Assembly: GCA_046343855.1 (NCBI GenBank)
Contig: JBKDMX010000092.1
Span: 18,214 to 82,213, forward strand
DNA from: Planctomycetia bacterium
GTDB taxonomy: Bacteria; Planctomycetota; Planctomycetia; Pirellulales; UBA1268
Direction of reading: 5' to 3'
Length of the DNA: 64,000 nt
Every line of letters begins with the position of its first letter. Within the stretch, counting starts at the first letter, position 1. The notes below the pieces were generated by a model that saw only the letters and a list, made by a program, of their open reading frames with translations, was not told the origin of the DNA and ran no database searches. Of this stretch, positions 1 through 10,906 are shown in pieces. Made by a program: the position numbers and the translations under genes.

Positions 1-1334
<1,334 letters not shown>

Positions 1335-1354
1335 GCCGACTGGACTTTCGGCAA

Positions 1355-3175
1355 TCAGTACTTCACCTCGATGCCGAAGTCGACACCGTTCGTGAAGACA
1401 TACTCGCTGCCACCAGCCGGGTTCGGGCCGATCCGGTTGTAGACCGGGTTGGGACGGAAGTAGGGAGACGTGGGATCACCCGTTCCGGTCGTCTTCACGA
1501 CCCAGGGATTTTCGATGCTCGCCGGCTGCGACGGATCCCTCGGCTCGGCGTATTGCGTCGGCTTCCGATCGCTCTTGTAGCCCGTGCTCGAAGATGCCCG
1601 GGAGATGCCTGCCATCCAGAGACCTGTATAGCCGGCCCGCAGAAGGATCGACTGGCTGAGTCGGTATTGCGTGCCGAACCGCCATTCACCGATCGGCGAG
1701 AAGACAAACTCATGCTCAGCAGAGTTGGTCGCATTCTGCTGGCCAACGCCGTAGACCTGCAGGAAGAGCGGCGGCGGCTGGATTGCCTCTGCGGGCGTCG
1801 TGCCGCCGGCAGACTGCGTCACAGCTGGACTGAAAGTCGCTCGGAGGTAGTCCGCTCCGACCGAGTCGGGGAAGTTCGAACCGCGATAGAGATTGTTTTG
1901 CCAGTTGAAAGCGGCCGTGAACTTCAGTTCGCTCGAGAATGTCCAGCGGCCGGTATGGCTCTCAAGCAGGAGGGCAAATTCGGGGCCGACCATGTTGTTG
2001 TAGGTGTTGGTTTCCCACTCACCGACCTGGAGAGGGCTGCTCCGACCGAGGCCCGTCAGCGTGTCGACGCCACCGATGCCGATCACGTCTCCGGCCGAGG
2101 TCTGGGTGAGGAAGCCGCCGGCACCCAACCCTCCTGTGCCCACACCGCCCACACCGCCCACACCTGGCACGCCGACACCGCCGACACCGCCGACACCGCC
2201 CACGCCGCCTGCACCGCCCACGCCTGCACCGCCCACACCTGCACCGCCCACACCTGGCACGCCTGCACCCGCACCACCCGTGACACCCGTGGGCCCCTGG
2301 TTGAATGCGTACTGATTGCTCTCATACCCGATCTTGTAACTTTCGGCGAACTGCAGAAACCGGGGGCCGACCGAGAAGCGGGCCGACCTCCCGCTCCCAC
2401 GGCGGCCGAGCTCGCGCCGCACCAGTGCGGTCACCGAGGCGCTCTGGATCTCCGTGTTGTTGGTCTGCGTGAGCTTCTGGGAGATGAGATGATCCGGCGG
2501 CGGGCTTCGGGAAATGATCGTCGTGGTGACGAGGGCTTGATTGACATTTCCGACGCCGCCGCCAGTCGCAGCTCCGCCACCGAGCGCCTGCTGCGTGAAG
2601 ATCTGTGTCGGCGAAGACGCAGCGAATTCGCTGTTGGTCTGGAAGCTCTGGCTCAAGACTCCGGTATTGAAATACGAGATCTGGACGCCGTGATTGTCGT
2701 ACATCCAGCCGCCCTCATACCGATTGCCCCAGGTCATCGCCGTTCGCATCCAGCTCGTGTTGAGGTCGAGCTGCAGTGGATCGGCACCGTAGATGAAGAC
2801 ACCGCCGATCACGCTGCCACCAGCGGTGCCGGAAGCCTGAATGCCGCCATTGTTCAACTGCACGATCGCCTGCGGCGAGATCGGATCGACCGGGATCAGG
2901 TAGCCACCGTTCTCGGTCTGGCCCACGCCCGTCACCCGCGGCGGCGTGATGCCCCAGTAGAGGCGGTCGTAGTTGAAGAAGATCCCCTCGCTCTGCTCGG
3001 GGTAGATCTCGTAGTCCTGCAGATCCGGCGGGGCGAAGAGCTGGAAGTCGTAGAAATTCTGGTCCGGGAGCAGAGGCATCCAGTCGCCGGCGCGGGCCGG
3101 GATGACGGCCGCGATGCTCATCGCCGCCGCAAGGAGAAGCCGTCCGAACCGCTGCAAACTCGTTGTCGTAGCCAT
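1355..3175 (-). CDS. Planctomycete outer-membrane beta-barrel protein (BBP7-like) with Gly-rich insert
   Basis: Signal peptide MATTTSLQRFGRLLLAAAMSIAAVIPARA, YDRLYW, WGNRYEGG, TYNNMVGP, C-terminal GVDFGIEVKY beta-signal. Start moved from 3580 to the ATG at 3175. Confidence 0.7.
   Translation of the reverse strand: MATTTSLQRFGRLLLAAAMSIAAVIPARAGDWMPLLPDQNFYDFQLFAPPDLQDYEIYPEQSEGIFFNYDRLYWGITPPRVTGVGQTENGGYLIPVDPISPQAIVQLNNGGIQASGTAGGSVIGGVFIYGADPLQLDLNTSWMRTAMTWGNRYEGGWMYDNHGVQISYFNTGVLSQSFQTNSEFAASSPTQIFTQQALGGGAATGGGVGNVNQALVTTTIISRSPPPDHLISQKLTQTNNTEIQSASVTALVRRELGRRGSGRSARFSVGPRFLQFAESYKIGYESNQYAFNQGPTGVTGGAGAGVPGVGGAGVGGAGVGGAGGVGGVGGVGGVGVPGVGGVGGVGTGGLGAGGFLTQTSAGDVIGIGGVDTLTGLGRSSPLQVGEWETNTYNNMVGPEFALLLESHTGRWTFSSELKFTAAFNWQNNLYRGSNFPDSVGADYLRATFSPAVTQSAGGTTPAEAIQPPPLFLQVYGVGQQNATNSAEHEFVFSPIGEWRFGTQYRLSQSILLRAGYTGLWMAGISRASSSTGYKSDRKPTQYAEPRDPSQPASIENPWVVKTTGTGDPTSPYFRPNPVYNRIGPNPAGGSEYVFTNGVDFGIEVKY
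2131..2290 (-). repeat. Coding low-complexity GGV/GGAGV tandem repeat
   Basis: Repeated 9- and 15-nt units (acaccgccc, cctgcaccgcccaca) encoding GVGGAGVGGAGGVGGVGG. Confidence 0.85.
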
Positions 3176-3419
3176 CGCTTGAGTGTCCTGGGGAGCAGGA
3201 GCCGGTTTTCCGCACATGCGGATTGCTCGTCTGGTATCGGTCGTGCCGGTCGATGGAGTTGACGAATCTTGGAAGACTCTGCGGCCTTCGAAGGATTTGC
3301 AGTGGGCCTGGGGAATCACGGCAGGCTGGGGGAAATCAGCTCTCGTGTTTGAAGGAGGCGAAGCTTCGGTCGCGGCCATAGAATGGCCCGCTGACCCCGG
3401 CCCCGACCCAGAGGTTTCC

Positions 3420-4334
3420 ATGACACTTCCGCGACGGATTGCCATCCAGGCCGCCCCCGCCCTCCTCCTTGCCTGGCTTGCCGGAACTGCCGGAGCGGCC
3501 CATGGACAGGCAGTGGCCGACAAGGTCGAGTTCCTCCGGCTCGTTCGCGACGACCGGGGGGAGCCGCTCTCGCTCGACACGTCGATCGTGCGTTATCGCG
3601 AGGCGGAGCCGAGGCGCGACGGCCGACCGCCACTGGAGGTCGATCTCGTAGGGGCCGTCCACCTGGGAAGCAAAACCTACTACGACACGCTCGACCGTCT
3701 GTTTCGCGACTACGACGCCGTCCTCTACGAGCTCGTCGCTCCCGACAACGCCCGCGTGCCGAAGCCAGGCCGCAAGGCATCGGGGGCGATCGGCTCCGCG
3801 CAGCAGGGGCTCACGAAACTGCTGGGGCTCGAATTCCAGCTCGAGCAGATCGACTACACGGCGCGGAACTTCGTCCACGCCGACCTTTCCCCGAAGGAAT
3901 TCGATGCCGCGATGGCCAAACGGGGCGAATCGTGGTGGACGATGTTCATGAAACTGATGCGCGAGGGCGCGGCCCGGGCGGAGAAGGCCGATGGCAAGGC
4001 CGGGAGCGAGATCGGCCTCGGCGACCTCTATGGCATCTTTTTCGGCTCGAACCGGGAGATCCGGTTGCGGCGGATCATGGCCGAGCAGTTCACCGACATG
4101 GACGTGCTCACCGCCGCTTTCGGCGGCGAGAAAGGCTCGTCGCTGATCACCGACCGCAATGCGGCGGCGCTCGACGTCTTGCGGCAGGAGATCGCCGCAG
4201 GCAGGCGGAAGATCGCGATCTTCTACGGCGCCGCCCACATGGACGACTTCGACGAACGGCTTCGCGAAGACTTTCAGCTGGAGCCGATCGAGACCGACTG
4301 GGTCGAAGCCTGGGATCTCCGGATGGCCCGGTAG
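3420..4334 (+). CDS. Secreted conserved hypothetical protein, possibly TraB/GumN-like
   Basis: Signal peptide, VDLVGAVHLG, VLYELV, IAIFYGAAH; GAGG upstream of the ATG at 3420. Confidence 0.6.
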   Translation: MTLPRRIAIQAAPALLLAWLAGTAGAAHGQAVADKVEFLRLVRDDRGEPLSLDTSIVRYREAEPRRDGRPPLEVDLVGAVHLGSKTYYDTLDRLFRDYDAVLYELVAPDNARVPKPGRKASGAIGSAQQGLTKLLGLEFQLEQIDYTARNFVHADLSPKEFDAAMAKRGESWWTMFMKLMREGAARAEKADGKAGSEIGLGDLYGIFFGSNREIRLRRIMAEQFTDMDVLTAAFGGEKGSSLITDRNAAALDVLRQEIAAGRRKIAIFYGAAHMDDFDERLREDFQLEPIETDWVEAWDLRMAR

Positions 4335-4357
4335 GACAGGCTGAAGCCTGGTCCTAC
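4331..4357. repeat. REP palindrome holding the stop codons of two convergent genes
   Basis: GTAGGACAGGCTGAAGCCTGGTCCTAC; TAG at 4332-4334 (+) and CTA at 4354-4356 (-). Confidence 0.85.
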
Positions 4358-5178
4358 ATGGCGCCTGCGGGAACGCGGCGGCTCCAGGCGTCGGCCGCGA
4401 TGCGGGCTTGGCCGAGCACCTGGTCGTAGCCGAGCGACTCGACCGTCTCGCCGACGAGTTCAAACTCGAAGTCGCCAGCGTAACCGTGCTCAATAAGCGA
4501 CGTCACGAGCGGCCCGAGCCGCAGTTCGCCATGCCCCGGTGGCAGTCGCTCGCGTTCGGCGGACGGCAGGCCGTGACTGTCAGCCACCTGCACGAGCGCC
4601 GTGAGCGGCACGAGGTCGACAAGCAGCGCGGGCAGCGCGGGATCGTGGCCAAACTGCCAGAGATCGACCGAGAGTTTTACGGCAGGATGGTCGAAGCGAC
4701 GCACCCAGCAGGCCGCATGGCCGAGATCGGCGAGGAAGTCGCACCCTGTGGCCGCGGCGGGATGCATCGGTTTGATCGCCAGCGTCACACCGCGGGCAAA
4801 GGCCTCGGGCGCGAGCACGTCGAGCGCTTCGGCGAGCAGTCGGTGGGCATGGCTCCGCGTGTGGCCGCCGCGGCAGCCGCTGTGAAGGACCAGCACGTCG
4901 GCGTCTATCTCGGCAGCCGTCTCGATTGCTTCCAAGGCGTCGGCGACGCTCTCGCGGAAGGAGCGGCCATCGCCGCCGGTAAAGCCCCCCGCCCACTGCA
5001 GGCTGGAAACCCGCATGCCGGCCTGGCGGAGCAGCGTCCGCGCCTGCTCGACGCCGAGGTCGGAGAGCTTGGTCCGCCAGAGCGAGAGGCGGTCGAAGCC
5101 GTGACGGGCCAGATGCTCGATTTCGTCGGCGAGTTCCCAGCGGAACGTCGTCAGTTCACTGATCGCTGCCTGCAGCAT
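4354..5178 (-). CDS. Sugar phosphate isomerase/epimerase family TIM-barrel protein
   Basis: AP-endonuclease-2/xylose-isomerase-like pattern (GVTLAIKPMHP, VQVADS, RLPPGHG, FEFEL). Start at MLQAAISEL. Confidence 0.75.
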   Translation of the reverse strand: MLQAAISELTTFRWELADEIEHLARHGFDRLSLWRTKLSDLGVEQARTLLRQAGMRVSSLQWAGGFTGGDGRSFRESVADALEAIETAAEIDADVLVLHSGCRGGHTRSHAHRLLAEALDVLAPEAFARGVTLAIKPMHPAAATGCDFLADLGHAACWVRRFDHPAVKLSVDLWQFGHDPALPALLVDLVPLTALVQVADSHGLPSAERERLPPGHGELRLGPLVTSLIEHGYAGDFEFELVGETVESLGYDQVLGQARIAADAWSRRVPAGAM

Positions 5179-5396
5179 GCTCTGCCTATCTCCTGGAAAC
5201 GGGGCCGCGGTCAGCCCGCAGCGAAGTGCCCGCCTTGAAGGAGAGGAAGTATGCGGCGATGCTTCGCGGACTGTCCAGACGAAGTTTGCGAGCGCCCTCC
5301 CGTGGTGTACACATGTGCCAATTGCCAAAAAAACGGCCGACTATTCTCCGCTAGACTCATCCGTCCATCGAGGCCATGAATGACGGAGGTGCTTGC

Positions 5397-5840
5397 ATGA
5401 CTGCGTCGACACGAACCAGGGGCCTGCGGGTCGGGAACGGCGCCGTCGTCATCCCCGCCGACGCGATTGCATGGCAGTTCGTGCGGTCGAGCGGCCCCGG
5501 CGGGCAGCACGTCAACCGCACGAGCAGCAAGGCAATCCTGCGGTTCGATGCCCGCCATTCGCCGCATCTGCCGGAGGCGATTCGCGGCCGGCTGCTCGAG
5601 CGGGAAAAAGCCCGGCTTACCAGAGAAGGCGCGCTCGTCATCTCGAGCCAGCGACACCGCGACCAGCCGCAGAATGTCGCCGACTGCCTCGCAAAACTGT
5701 CCGCCATCATCGAGCGGGCGCTCGTGCCCCCGAAGGTGCGCCGGCGGACGAAGAAACCGCGTTCCGCGGTCGCCAAGCGGATCGAGGGGAAACGCCGCCG
5801 AGCGGAGACAAAGCGTCTCCGCGGCCGGCCGCAGGAGTAA
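5397..5840 (+). CDS. arfB: Alternative ribosome rescue peptidyl-tRNA hydrolase ArfB
   Basis: RSSGPGGQHVN (GGQ), SQRHRDQ, basic tail RRRTK...KRRRAETKRLR; GGAGG RBS. Confidence 0.92.
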   Translation: MTASTRTRGLRVGNGAVVIPADAIAWQFVRSSGPGGQHVNRTSSKAILRFDARHSPHLPEAIRGRLLEREKARLTREGALVISSQRHRDQPQNVADCLAKLSAIIERALVPPKVRRRTKKPRSAVAKRIEGKRRRAETKRLRGRPQE

Positions 5841-5939
5841 ACCGACCACAGCCGCTCAGACGGTCAGGAAGGCTGGTATAATTCGCCATGGCCCCGGCCT
5901 GACGCCGGCCATGCCAATCACACCGAGGGACCGAGATCC

Positions 5940-6728
5940 ATGGCGACGCCCCGCGACATCGATTCCGTGCTCAAGGGCTGGGATTTCCAGCCGGGAGAGG
6001 TGAGCGCGCGGCTCTTCAAGGCCCGCAACGGCCGCGAGGTGCTCCAGATGCGGGTCGACATGGGCGTTCTCCAGATGGAGACCGATCACCGTCCCGACGG
6101 CCAGCGGCCCCACGGCGCCGAGACCTACTACGACTATCTCGTCGGCGAGGCGATTCGCGAAGGGGGCTCGTTCCAACTGTCCCGCGAGCAGTGCGCCGAG
6201 GCAGACCGCGAATTCGTGCAGTTTTATCACCGCCGGATCTGCTGGCTCTCGCTCCGCGAATACCGCCGCGCCGCGAAGGACGCCGACCACAGCCTCGGCT
6301 TCATGGACTTCGTGCGCGAGCATTCCCCCGACGACGAGTGGACGCTTTCGCACGAGCAATACAGGCCGTTCGTGCTCTTTCACCGCGTGCAGGCGGGCGC
6401 CCTGGCGATCCTCGAGGAGCAAGGCCCCGAGGCGGCCATCGTGGAGATCAACCGCGGGCTCGACCGCTTTCGCGAGCTCTTCGCCCGCTACGACGCCGCC
6501 GAGCAATACTCCGAGGACGAGCTCGTGAAGCGGCTCGAGGAGATGCGTGAAGGCGTCCGCCGGCGCTACGACGTGGGCCGCACGCTCGACGAACAACTCG
6601 CCGACGCGGTGCACGCCGAAAACTACGAACTGGCCGCGAAGCTCCGCGACCGGATGCGGAAGGCCCAGCCGGCCCAAACCGCCGCCGACGGAACCAGCGG
6701 CTCCGGCATGGCCGACCAAGCCGGCTAA
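5940..6728 (+). CDS. UvrB/UvrC-motif-containing protein
   Basis: C-terminal UVR coiled coil LADAVHAENYELAAKLRDRMR; N-terminal LQMRVDMGVLQME..RPDG.RPHG. Confidence 0.75.
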   Translation: MATPRDIDSVLKGWDFQPGEVSARLFKARNGREVLQMRVDMGVLQMETDHRPDGQRPHGAETYYDYLVGEAIREGGSFQLSREQCAEADREFVQFYHRRICWLSLREYRRAAKDADHSLGFMDFVREHSPDDEWTLSHEQYRPFVLFHRVQAGALAILEEQGPEAAIVEINRGLDRFRELFARYDAAEQYSEDELVKRLEEMREGVRRRYDVGRTLDEQLADAVHAENYELAAKLRDRMRKAQPAQTAADGTSGSGMADQAG

Positions 6729-6747
6729 TCGCCCGCGTCGCCCGCAA

Positions 6748-6765
6748 GACAGGCTTCAGCCTGTC
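6748..6765. repeat. REP core palindrome lacking GTAG
   Basis: GACAGGCTTCAGCCTGTC. Confidence 0.75.
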
Positions 6766-6786
6766 ATGCTTCAACTTGCCCAAGCC

Positions 6787-7102
6787 GGCTTCGGGTGACC
6801 AGTACCCCGTCGCCGGACGCTCGCTACGGACATCCTGTCCTTCGCTCGCTCGGATGCTGACTTCGCTTCGCCATCCTGGCTGCGCTCGTCAGCATACGCC
6901 GGCTCCCGGGGCACGGGTCACCCGAAGCCTCCGTCAGCGGTGCAATTCATAAAGCGGGGAGGCTCGGGCCTGCACATACCCTCTCGGCGGGCTATGGAAG
7001 CGAGCGCAGGCAGGATGCCGAAAGCGAAGCGGACATGCAGTGAGCGGAGGACAGGATGTCCTCCGCGAACGTCCGCAGAGAGGGCATGTGCAGGCCCGGG
7101 CC
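6787..7102. repeat. Two oppositely oriented branched palindromic elements with CA-GGA-TG capped hairpins
   Basis: Outer stems 6787-6800/6916-6929 (14 bp perfect) and 6961-6985/7078-7102 (25 bp, 2 deviations); four internal hairpins around CAGGATG or its complement. Confidence 0.8.
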
Positions 7103-7121
7103 GGCTTGGGCGCGGAAGCGT

Positions 7122-8165
7122 TCAGCTCTTGGCGTATTTTGCGGCCATGTCGGCGAGCGTGATGCACTTCACCTTGCCGGCGTTGCCGGCCTGGCCAAAC
7201 TGCACCATGCGCTCGGCGCAGACCTTCTTCATCGCCTCGCGCGAGGGCTTGAGGTAGTCGCGCGGGTCGAACTTTTCCGGCGTCTCCGCGAGCACCTTGC
7301 GGATCGCGCCGGTGATCGCCATGCGGCAGTCGGTGTCGACGTTGATCTTCCGCACGCCGTGCTTGATGCCCCGCTGGATCTCCTCGACGGGCACGCCCCA
7401 GGTCTGCGGCATCTTGCCGCCGAACTTGTTGATGATGTCCTGCAGGTCCTGCGGCACGCTCGACGAGCCGTGCATCACGAGGTGGCAGTTGGGGAGCTTG
7501 CGATGGATCTCCTCGATCCGCTTCATGGCGAGCACTTCGCCGTCGGGCTTGCGGGTGAACTTGTAGGCGCCGTGGCTCGTGCCGATGGCGACGGCGAGCG
7601 CGTCGACGCCCGTGGCCGCCACGAACCGGGCTGCCTCGTCGGGATCGGTGAGGAGCTGGTCGTGCGAAAGCTTGCCGCTCGCGCCGTGGCCGTCCTCGGC
7701 CTCGCCCTCACCGCTCTCGAGCGATCCCAGGCAGCCGAGCTCGCCCTCGACCGACACTCCCTGCCGGTGGGCCGACTGCACGACCTCCTTCGTCACCTTC
7801 ACGTTGTAATCGAAGTCGGCGGGCGTCTTGCCGTCGTCCTTGAGCGAGCCGTCCATCATCACGCTCGTGAAGCCGTTGTCGATCGCGCTCTGGCAGGTGC
7901 TCGGCGAGTTGCCGTGGTCCTGGTGCATCGCGATCGGGATCTGCGGGTAGAGCTCGGCCGCGGCGAGCATGAGGTGGCGGAGGTAGTTGTCCTGCGAATA
8001 GCTGCGGGCGCCGCGGGAGGCTTGGATGATCACGGGGCTGTCGGTCTCCTTCGCCGCCTCCATGATCGACTGGATCTGCTCCATGTTGTTGACGTTGAAG
8101 GCGGCGAGGCCGTAGCCATGTTCGGCGGCGTGGTCGAGCAGGATGCGCATCGGGACGAGCGGCAT
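7122..8165 (-). CDS. fba: Fructose-bisphosphate aldolase class II
   Basis: [50 protein letters not shown]. Confidence 0.96.
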   Translation of the reverse strand: MPLVPMRILLDHAAEHGYGLAAFNVNNMEQIQSIMEAAKETDSPVIIQASRGARSYSQDNYLRHLMLAAAELYPQIPIAMHQDHGNSPSTCQSAIDNGFTSVMMDGSLKDDGKTPADFDYNVKVTKEVVQSAHRQGVSVEGELGCLGSLESGEGEAEDGHGASGKLSHDQLLTDPDEAARFVAATGVDALAVAIGTSHGAYKFTRKPDGEVLAMKRIEEIHRKLPNCHLVMHGSSSVPQDLQDIINKFGGKMPQTWGVPVEEIQRGIKHGVRKINVDTDCRMAITGAIRKVLAETPEKFDPRDYLKPSREAMKKVCAERMVQFGQAGNAGKVKCITLADMAAKYAKS

Positions 8166-8309
8166 GGAAGATTCTCCTCAGGCAAAGGCGGGAAAACGGT
8201 CGGCGGGAGCCGGAAGCATAGGATTTCAAGGATTTTCACACAAACGCCCCGCCGCAACGCCCGCGTGATACCATGCGGGAGCCGCCTTGGCGGAGCCCGG
8301 ATGCCACGC

Positions 8310-8735
8310 ATGGACCTCAAGCCCACCACCGATCCGCTGAAGAGTTTTCTCTACGTCGTCGGCGGCTGGGCCTGCGTGGCCCTCGCCGTGCTCGGCTCGA
8401 TCCTGCCGCTCTTGCCGACGACGCCCTTCCTGCTCCTGGCAAGCTGGTGCTTTTTTCGCGGCTCGCCGCGGATTCACGCCTGGCTTCACCGCTCGAAGTG
8501 GTTTGGCCCCACGCTCGACGACTGGCAGCACTACCACGGGATCCGCAAGAGCATGAAATACCGCACGATCGTGCTGGTGGCCGCGGTCGTCGCCGGCAGC
8601 CTCGTGCTCAACAGCCTGCCCTGGTGGATGAAATATCTCGTGATCGGCCTCGTGGCGGTCGGCCTCTACACGATCTGGACGGTGCCCACGCTCCCCGACG
8701 ACGCCCCCCGCGCTCCGCGCACGATCCTCGAGTAA
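8310..8735 (+). CDS. YbaN/DUF454 family inner membrane protein
   Basis: LPLLPTTPFLLLA..CF.RGSPR.HAWL signature. Only the 3' part of track ORF 7056-8735 is real; alternative start at 8301. Confidence 0.88.
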   Translation: MDLKPTTDPLKSFLYVVGGWACVALAVLGSILPLLPTTPFLLLASWCFFRGSPRIHAWLHRSKWFGPTLDDWQHYHGIRKSMKYRTIVLVAAVVAGSLVLNSLPWWMKYLVIGLVAVGLYTIWTVPTLPDDAPRAPRTILE

Positions 8736-8777
8736 CAGGCTGAAGCCTTTTGGGCGACAGGCTGAAGCCTGTCCTAC
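8732..8777. repeat. REP pair between convergent genes
   Basis: GTAACAGGCTGAAGCCT (degenerate, holds the TAA stop) and GACAGGCTGAAGCCTGTCCTAC (holds the MFS gene TAG). Confidence 0.8.
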
Positions 8778-10234
8778 CGGAGGGTCGCGTCGGGCTCGGG
8801 GAGCCAGTGCGTGAGGATCGCGCCCACGAGGGCGTAGCCCCCCGCCACGGCGGCGCCGGCCAGCGCGATCCGCACGGGATCGGGAGGCGTGGCCGCCGAG
8901 AACGTGAGCGTGAGCCAGGCCGCGGCCGTGCCGAGCACGCGGCCGCCGATGTTGGCGGCGAAGCTCTCTCCGGTGCCGCGGAGGTGCGTGGGGAAGACGA
9001 GCGGGATGTAGTTGCCCCAGAAGCTGAACTGCGCCACGGTGAACAGGCCGGCCACGAAGATGCCGGCCTTGATCCAGGGGAGCGAGTCGGCCGTCGTAAG
9101 CTGCGTCGAGATCCACCAGAAGAGCGCCGGCACGACGAGGAGCGCCGGCCACTGAAACAGCCGCAGGAGCGCCCGACGGCTCGCAATCCGCACCGCCGCG
9201 AAGGCGAGCAGCACGCGGCCCACGAGGCCGCCAACCTCCTGGAAGATCGTGACCTGCGCCACGGCCTCGTCGGTGGCATTGCCGGCGATCGCCTTGAGAC
9301 GACCGGCCGGCGGCGCGGGCTTGCCCGCCTTCTCGGCGGCGGCGACCGCCTCCTGCTGGGCAGCCTTCGCCGCGGCCACGATCGCCGCATGCCCCTTCGG
9401 CCCGCCGAGGATCTGCGGCAATTGCTGGATCGCGCCAAAGGCAATCCCGTAGCTCGCCGCGAAGACAAGCGTCGTGAGCACCGTCGTGCGGACGAGCGCC
9501 GGGCTGAAGAGTTCGCGGATGCTCGGCCGCTTCAGCGTGCCGGCCGCCTTCTTCTCCGCCCAGACCGGGCTCTCCGGCAAAAACGGCCGAATCATGATGA
9601 GCGGCAGCGCTGGGATCACGCCCGAGATGAGCGTGTAGCGCCAGGCATCGTGGCCACCGTGGATGGCCGGCAGGATGTCGGCAAACCGGGCCGCGAGGAT
9701 GTTGGCCGTGCCCACGAGCAGGCCGCCGAGCGACGAGAATGCCTGCGTCCAGCCGAGCACCCGCTCGCGCTCGTCCCGATTCGGGAAGAGCTCGGCCAGC
9801 CAGGCCACCGCCGCGACGAACTCCACGCACACGCCGATGAAGACGAGGCAGCGGAAGAAGAGCAACTGCGGCAGCGTCGTCGCGAAGCCGGCGGCCATGG
9901 CGGCGAAGGCGTAGAGCAGGATGCTGAACGTGAGCACGCGGCGACGGCCCAGGAGGTCGGTAAGGTAGCCGCCGAGCAGGCCGAAGATGCCGCCGGCGAT
10001 CGCCGGCACGAAGAAGAGCGTCCGCGCCCAGCCGACATAGCTCTTGCCGCCGGGGCTCCAGAGGGCCAGCGCATCGGCCTGCGACATGCCCCCTGCCACG
10101 AGCCCGGCGACCTCGGGCTTCGCAAGGTCCTGGATCGCCGGCTTGATGATCAGCGGCAGCATCAGGAGCTCGTAGATGTCAAACGCGAAGCCGATCGCGG
10201 CGATCGCGCAGACGAGCCAGCCGGTGAGCGACAT
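8774..10234 (-). CDS. MFS transporter
   Basis: GFAFDIYE, GGYLTDLLGRRRVL (MFS motif A), AELFP, PESP, FPTHLRGTG; about 12 hydrophobic segments. Confidence 0.9.
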   Translation of the reverse strand: MSLTGWLVCAIAAIGFAFDIYELLMLPLIIKPAIQDLAKPEVAGLVAGGMSQADALALWSPGGKSYVGWARTLFFVPAIAGGIFGLLGGYLTDLLGRRRVLTFSILLYAFAAMAAGFATTLPQLLFFRCLVFIGVCVEFVAAVAWLAELFPNRDERERVLGWTQAFSSLGGLLVGTANILAARFADILPAIHGGHDAWRYTLISGVIPALPLIMIRPFLPESPVWAEKKAAGTLKRPSIRELFSPALVRTTVLTTLVFAASYGIAFGAIQQLPQILGGPKGHAAIVAAAKAAQQEAVAAAEKAGKPAPPAGRLKAIAGNATDEAVAQVTIFQEVGGLVGRVLLAFAAVRIASRRALLRLFQWPALLVVPALFWWISTQLTTADSLPWIKAGIFVAGLFTVAQFSFWGNYIPLVFPTHLRGTGESFAANIGGRVLGTAAAWLTLTFSAATPPDPVRIALAGAAVAGGYALVGAILTHWLPEPDATLR

Positions 10235-10301
10235 GAAAAAACTCCTCGGGACGAAGGTCCCGAGGAGTGTAGATCACGTATCGCGTTTGCGGGAACGCCC
10301 G

Positions 10302-10742
10302 TTAGGGGCCGATCGAGGGCGGGCACTTCGCGAGGAAGTCACGCGGGCCGCGGGTCGTGTAATACGGATACGCGAAGGCGCCGGTCGGCGGGCCGGCCGG
10401 CTGCGTGGCGCCGTAGTCGGAGGCCGCGAGCGCCGCCTTCTCCTCGGGCGAGAGGTGGTGCTTGGCGAGGCCGCCGTAGCGGCCGACGTGCCGCTGCTTG
10501 CAGGTGCCGTCGGCGCAGTCCTGGCAGCCCGGCTGGCAGCCGCCCGGGCCACACTGGCCGCTCGAGCAGGCGCCGTCCACGCAGGCCCCATCCTGGCAGT
10601 GGCCGCCACCGTGTCGGCCATGGTGGGCATAGGGGCCGTCGGTGTTCAGCAGAAAGAGCCGGTCGATGATCGAGCAGCCGCTCGACGTCGCGACCATGGC
10701 GACGAGGAGAACGAGCCCGCTGGCGCGTGTCATGGCTTTCAT
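10302..10742 (-). CDS. Small Cys/Gly-rich putative lipoprotein
   Basis: Lipobox-like ATSSGC, CxxGxC repeats, C-terminal YPYYTTRGPRDFL..PPSIGP. Confidence 0.6.
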   Translation of the reverse strand: MKAMTRASGLVLLVAMVATSSGCSIIDRLFLLNTDGPYAHHGRHGGGHCQDGACVDGACSSGQCGPGGCQPGCQDCADGTCKQRHVGRYGGLAKHHLSPEEKAALAASDYGATQPAGPPTGAFAYPYYTTRGPRDFLAKCPPSIGP

Positions 10743-10906
10743 GGCAAGGGTTCCTGTGTGCGGCGGGCCACGGTGCGCGTGCACCCCAGGCCTGCGGCAA
10801 GAGGTATCGGCCGTTCCGGTCGTGCCGGTCCAGAAAACCCTGCGGACGCAGACGGAAAACCCTGCCGGCCGCGCTGAAAAACCCTGCCGGCGAGAAGATG
10901 GGCAAA

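Noticed and set aside
6787-7102. tRNA or known riboswitch
   Set aside because: No T-loop/anticodon cloverleaf or recognisable aptamer, and it lies between convergent 3' ends; kept as a repeat finding instead.
7056-8300. 5' part of the 559-aa plus-strand ORF
   Set aside because: Antisense to fba; only the YbaN-like 3' end is real, so this is not a fusion.
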